Positions 46,559-51,072 of a stretch of DNA of 51,072 nucleotides are shown piece by piece (within the stretch, counting starts at the first letter, position 1; every line of letters starts with the position of its first letter). The stretch is from Paraspadella gotoi. Taxonomy: Eukaryota > Animalia > Chaetognatha. The DNA is taken from assembly GCA_051294375.1 (NCBI GenBank), contig CM119271.1, positions 7,999,593 through 8,050,664 of the forward strand, in the 5' to 3' direction. The position numbers and the translations under genes are program-made. Under the pieces are notes generated by a model. That model was given only the letters and a program-made list of their open reading frames with translations. It was not told where the DNA came from and did no database searches.

Positions 46559-47667
46559 ACAATGTTCAACTCGCAAGAACACAGGATTTTTGGTTTTTCG
46601 TTTTCTTTTACAAAAAAAAAAGAAAAAAAGGAAAGAGATGCCAAAGATTTCGGTACAACAAAAACTCCAGAATGATTCTGACATCAGGAGCGAAATCCTG
46701 TGGGCTTTAGTGGAACGTGGTAGGGCACCGCTCTTCTCTCTCTCGATCCATCTCATCTCTCTCTCCCGTCATCTCTCTTCTCTCTCGTCTCTCTCTGCTC
46801 TCATCCTAACATCCGTTGGTAGGAATGAAATAGGATTTTCTTTCTCTNNNNNNNNNNNNNNNNNNNNNNNNNNNNNNNNNNNNNNNNNNNNNNNNNNNNN
46901 NNNNNNNNNNNNNNNNNNNNNNNNNNNNNNNNNNNNNNNNNNNNNNNNNNNNNNNNNNNNNNNNNNNNNNNNNNNNNNNNNNNNNNNNNNNNNNNNNNNN
47001 NNNNNNNNNNNNNNNNNNNNNNNNNNNNNNNNNNNNNAAATTAGAGAGTCGACAAACATCAAGACCATTGATGTCGTGGAAAAATGAAGAAGTTGCAAAA
47101 GAAGAAAACAAATTTAAATTCGCATATCTATTATTTTTTTTTTAATATCCTAATTCTAAAAATTGTTTGTTCATTTGCTATTTTTATTTGAGAGATGTTG
47201 TCGATAATTTGACGAGGAGACAAAATATCGAATGATTTTTGAATCACATTATCATTAATCACGAAAAGGACCAACTTTGACGATATTGTACTTGATGAGT
47301 GGGAGAGAGGTTGAAAGGGAGAGAGAGGGAAGAAGATAAGAAGAAGAGAAGGATAAAAAGATAGAGAGCGAGCGAGAGAGAAAGAAGGAAGAAGAGAAGA
47401 AGAAAGATGATAGAAAGATAGAGAGCGAGCGAGAGAGAAAGAAGGAANNNNNNNNNNNNNNNNNNNNNNNNNNNNNNNNNNNNNNNNNNNNNNNNNNNNN
47501 NNNNNNNNNNNNNNNNNNNNNNNNNNNNNNNNNNNNNNNNNNNNNNNNNNNNNNNNNNNNNNNNNNNNNNNNNNNNNNNNNNNNNNNNNNNNNNNNNNNN
47601 NNNNNNNNNNNNNNNNNNNNNNNNNNNGAGATAGAGAGAATCTAGAGGACGTTGACCACCGATGGAA

Positions 47668-47699
47668 ACCGGAAATGACGCGAGTCACGCCCTCACGTG
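47668..47699 (+). promoter_or_regulatory. Candidate promoter-type motif cluster (ETS + CRE-like + E-box)
   Basis: accggaaat overlaps tgacgcgagtca, followed by cacgtg (47694-47699) in a CpG-rich patch. Motif match only. Confidence 0.25.
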
Positions 47700-48274
47700 C
47701 AGACGCGGCTCGACAAAAGAGTCAGAAAGGAGAACGAATGGGGGAAGGCAGGGAGATTCGACTCGTGGGGGACTTGTGGATCGATTGTGGGTAATGTGGA
47801 CGCTTCTTTGGGTAATTGTGGGCTCGCAAGTGTGGCTTGTGTGGGATTGTGCAGTTTTACGGGAGCTTTGTTTGGGCTTGTTTGGGTTATTAAGGGCTGG
47901 GGAGCTTGCCGTTATTCTTTCGCGGTTTTGCTTATGTTATAAGGCAGGACAGAGAGGGGAGAGAGAGAAAGAGAGGGGTAAAGAGGACGAGAGAGAGATG
48001 AGGAGGACGAGAGAGAGAGAGAGAGAGAAAGAGAGGGAGGGCGAAAGGACGACACGAGGAGAGAGAGAAGAGAGACGAGTAGCTGAGCAGACGAAGATGG
48101 GAGAGGGAGGAGAGGAGGAGAGAGAAGGAGAGACGAGAGAGAGAGAGGGGAGACACGAAGAGAGGGAGGAGAGGAGACGAGAGAGAGAGACAACAAAGAT
48201 GGAACTTTGTTTAGCTTAAANNNNNNNNNNNNNNNNNNNNNNNNNAAAAAAAATTGTAGGCCGGATCTTGAAAA

Positions 48275-48308
48275 AGGTCATGGGTTAAAGGTCAAAGGTC
48301 AAAGGTCA
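48275..48308 (+). repeat. AGGTCA array (three copies in DR1 spacing plus one upstream)
   Basis: aggtca at 48275, 48289, 48296 and 48303. Confidence 0.8.
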
Positions 48309-50769
48309 GAGTCGTCCTCAATGATCTGGCGTCAGAATTCCAGACTTTGTTATCGAACGAAACTTGATATTTTTTTTTCCTCTTTGGTGGAGAAAGAGAC
48401 AAGAGTCTGAAGCCGACAAACCGACAAGCNNNNNNNNNNACGAACCGACAAGTTTAGTCTGAAGCTTCAATTGCTGATTTATGGGGATCGAGTCGGGAAT
48501 TTCCAAAAACGATAAAGGCTGTAAATAGTTTTGTATTGATTGTACCAATTTCATAATTTTTTTTAAAAAANNNNNNNNNNNNNNNNNNNNNNNNNNNNNN
48601 NNNNNNNNNNNNNNNNNNNNNNNNNNNNNNNNNNNNNNNNNNNNNNNNNNNNNNNNNNNNNNNNNNNNNNNNNNNNNNNNNNNNNNNNNNNNNNNNNNNN
48701 NNNNNNNNNNNNNNNNNNNNNNNNNNNNNNNNNNNNNNNNNNNNNNNNNNNNNNNNNNNNNNNNNNNNNNNNNNNNNNNNNNNNNNNNNNNNNNNNNNNN
48801 NNNNNNNNNNNNNNNNNNNNNNNNNNNNNNNNNNNNNNNNNNNNNNNNNNNNNNNNNNNNNNNNNNNNNNNNNNNNNNNNNNNNNNNNNNNNNNNNNNNN
48901 NNNNNNNNNNNNNNNNNNNNNNNNNNNNNNNNNNNNNNNNNNNNNNNNNNNNNNNNNNNNNNNNNNNNNNNNNNNNNNNNNNNNNNNNNNNNNNNNNNNN
49001 NNNNNNNNNNNNNNNNNNNNNNNNNNNNNNNNNNNNNNNNNNNNNNNNNNNNNNNNNNNNNNNNNNNNNNNNNNNNNNNNNNNNNNNNNNNNNNNNNNNN
49101 NNNNNNNNNNNNNNNNNNNNNNNNNNNNNNNNNNNNNNNNNNNNNNNNNNNNNNNNNNNNNNNNNNNNNNNNNNNNNNNNNNNNNNNNNNNNNNNNNNNN
49201 NNNNNNNNNNNNNNNNNNNNNNNNNNNNNNNNNNNNNNNNNNNNNNNNNNNNNNNNNNNNNNNNNNNNNNNNNNNNNNNNNNNNNNNNNNNNNNNNNNNN
49301 NNNNNNNNNNNNNNNNNNNNNNNNNNNNNNNNNNNNNNNNNNNNNNNNNNNNNNNNNNNNNNNNNNNNNNNNNNNNNNNNNNNNNNNNNNNNNNNNNNNN
49401 NNNNNNNNNNNNNNNNNNNNNNNNNNTCTCTCTCTCTCTACCGTAATAAAGATATCATTCGAGGCTGACGATGTCCGACAGTTCAGACTTCTACTCAGAT
49501 TTTATAGTTTTTTCTTCTTTTCTTTTCTTTTCTTTTCTTTTCTTTTCTTTTTTTTTTCTTTTCTTTTCTTTTCAGACATCTACTCAGATTTTATAGTTTT
49601 TTTCTTATTTTCTTTCTTTTTTTTTATTTCTGTTTTTCAATCATCTCTGTTTTTTATGTTTTTTTTNNNNNNNNNNNNNNNNNNNNNNNNNNNNNNNNNN
49701 NNNNNNNNNNNNNNNNNNNNNNNNNNNNNNNNNNNNNNNNNNNNNNNNNNNNNNNNNNNNNNNNNNNNNNNNNNNNNNNNNNNNNNNNNNNNNNNNNNNN
49801 NNNNNNNNNNNNNNNNNNNNNNNNNNNNNNNNNNNNNNNNNNNNNNNNNNNNNNNNNNNNNNNNACACATATAAGTCAGAATAGAGAAAAAGGAAAAAAA
49901 AGCTTAAAGAGAGAAAAAAAATGTAACTGCGAGAAAGTTTTATATTCATCGAGGGAAGAGAGAAAGAAAACTCAGCTTTTTTTTCTTTCCGGGCAGCTGA
50001 AGTGATTCAGGAGGTAAACCTTTCTGTTTCGTGTGTTTTCCTTTTTTGATTTCTTTTTTTGGTATTTTTAATTTCAGAAGAGGAAATAAGGGCTAAGGTT
50101 ATGAGGAATTATACTTATTTCATAATGTTATGAAAGAAGTTTTATTTTTAAACGAACGTTATTTTGAACGTTTCTTAGGTCTAGACCAAGCGAAAAATTA
50201 AGACAGACAAATTTATTTTTATTATTTTTTAAATTTTTATGTCCAACGAATGAACAATGTGATTTCCCTCAATCAAAGTATTAGAAAATTTAGGAAATCT
50301 GTCACGTTTTTTAAAACAATGTCTAATTTATATTTAACAATTTATAATAATAGAATAGAACTAACAAACGAGATTTACTCCCTCTAAGTTCCCTTCCATA
50401 AATTTCCCGTACTACGTTTTCCCCTAATGTCCCTCGGCTCCACCTCAGCTGCTAACCCCCTCTGTCTTTCCGCCCCCCCCCTTTTTAGTTTGGCGGACGA
50501 ACCGACAGATGGCGGTCATCGACGCGTAAAAAACTCCATTTTGAAAGAAGAGGGGAAAAAAAGAGGAAAAAAAAAGGAGAGAGAAAGAAAGAAAAAAGTT
50601 CTCTCATTATTCGTTTATATTCGAAAGATAAAAAAAAGAAAAAGAAAGTCAATTATATTCCGTTTTTTTTTTTCTAAAAAACCGAGAATCCATTTGGAAA
50701 AGGAAAGAAGAATGAAGAGAGAGAGAGAGGAGGGGAGACAAAGTGGATTTGGACAAGACGGAATGAGAA

Positions 50770-51008
50770 TGAGTAGAGAGGAGAGAGAGAGACGAGAGAG
50801 AGAGGAGAGAGAGGAGAGAGAGAGAGAGAGAGAGAGAGATAAGGGGAGAAAAGTGATTTGGGGAAAGAAATATTGAAAGAGAATGAGAGAGAGAGAAGAG
50901 AGAAGGGAAGGATGAGAGAGAGAGAGAGAGAGAGAGATTGAGAGGAGAGAGGCAGAGAGAAAACGAGAGAGAGAGAGAGACGAGAGAGAGAGAGAGAGAG
51001 GGAGGGGA
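50770..51008. repeat. Degenerate (GA)n tract, representative of many homopurine/homopyrimidine tracts in the window
   Basis: Read directly. Similar tracts at ~866-930, 1050-1145, 9330-9640, 14880-14980, 25870-26095 and 47950-48190. Confidence 0.95.
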
Positions 51009-51072
51009 GAAAGTGATCTAGAGGAAAAAGTTCGAATAGGGTTCAGTGGATAAATGTGGAATGTTGTTGGAA

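Noticed and set aside
49490-49620. Short direct repeat tctactcagattttatagtttttttctt (similar case at ~47340-47447)
   Set aside because: Local two-copy slippage duplication beside microsatellites and gaps, with no further significance evident.

Overview
Gappy draft-assembly DNA from a eukaryote, probably an invertebrate given that CpG is not depleted and (GA)n, (GAC)n, (AAC)n and (TTTC)n microsatellites are everywhere. I see no prokaryotic operon, CRISPR array, rRNA or intact named gene, and most ORF-track entries are translations of microsatellites or N-runs. Supported structure: (1) a ~7-kb head-to-tail duplication (~326-8763 / 8764-15615) with a nested ~1.4-kb extra copy; (2) a ~1.1-kb unit in three tandem copies (37.5-41.2 kb) carrying a plausible minus-strand exon. 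Both differ between copies mainly by 1-2 nt indels, and several repeat boundaries sit at gaps of exactly 25 N, so they may be long-read gap-filling artefacts. (3) Two copies of a HINE/DINE-1-like repeat and two tRNA-derived SINE-like heads. (4) Several minisatellites, two with dimeric higher-order structure. (5) A microsatellite-free, T-skewed, hairpin-rich ~7.5-kb block (29.05-36.63 kb) with decayed gag-like coding remnants, the best candidate for something undescribed. (6) A decayed LDLa-like exon. No novel system can be demonstrated from sequence alone; the candidates are ranked with tests.
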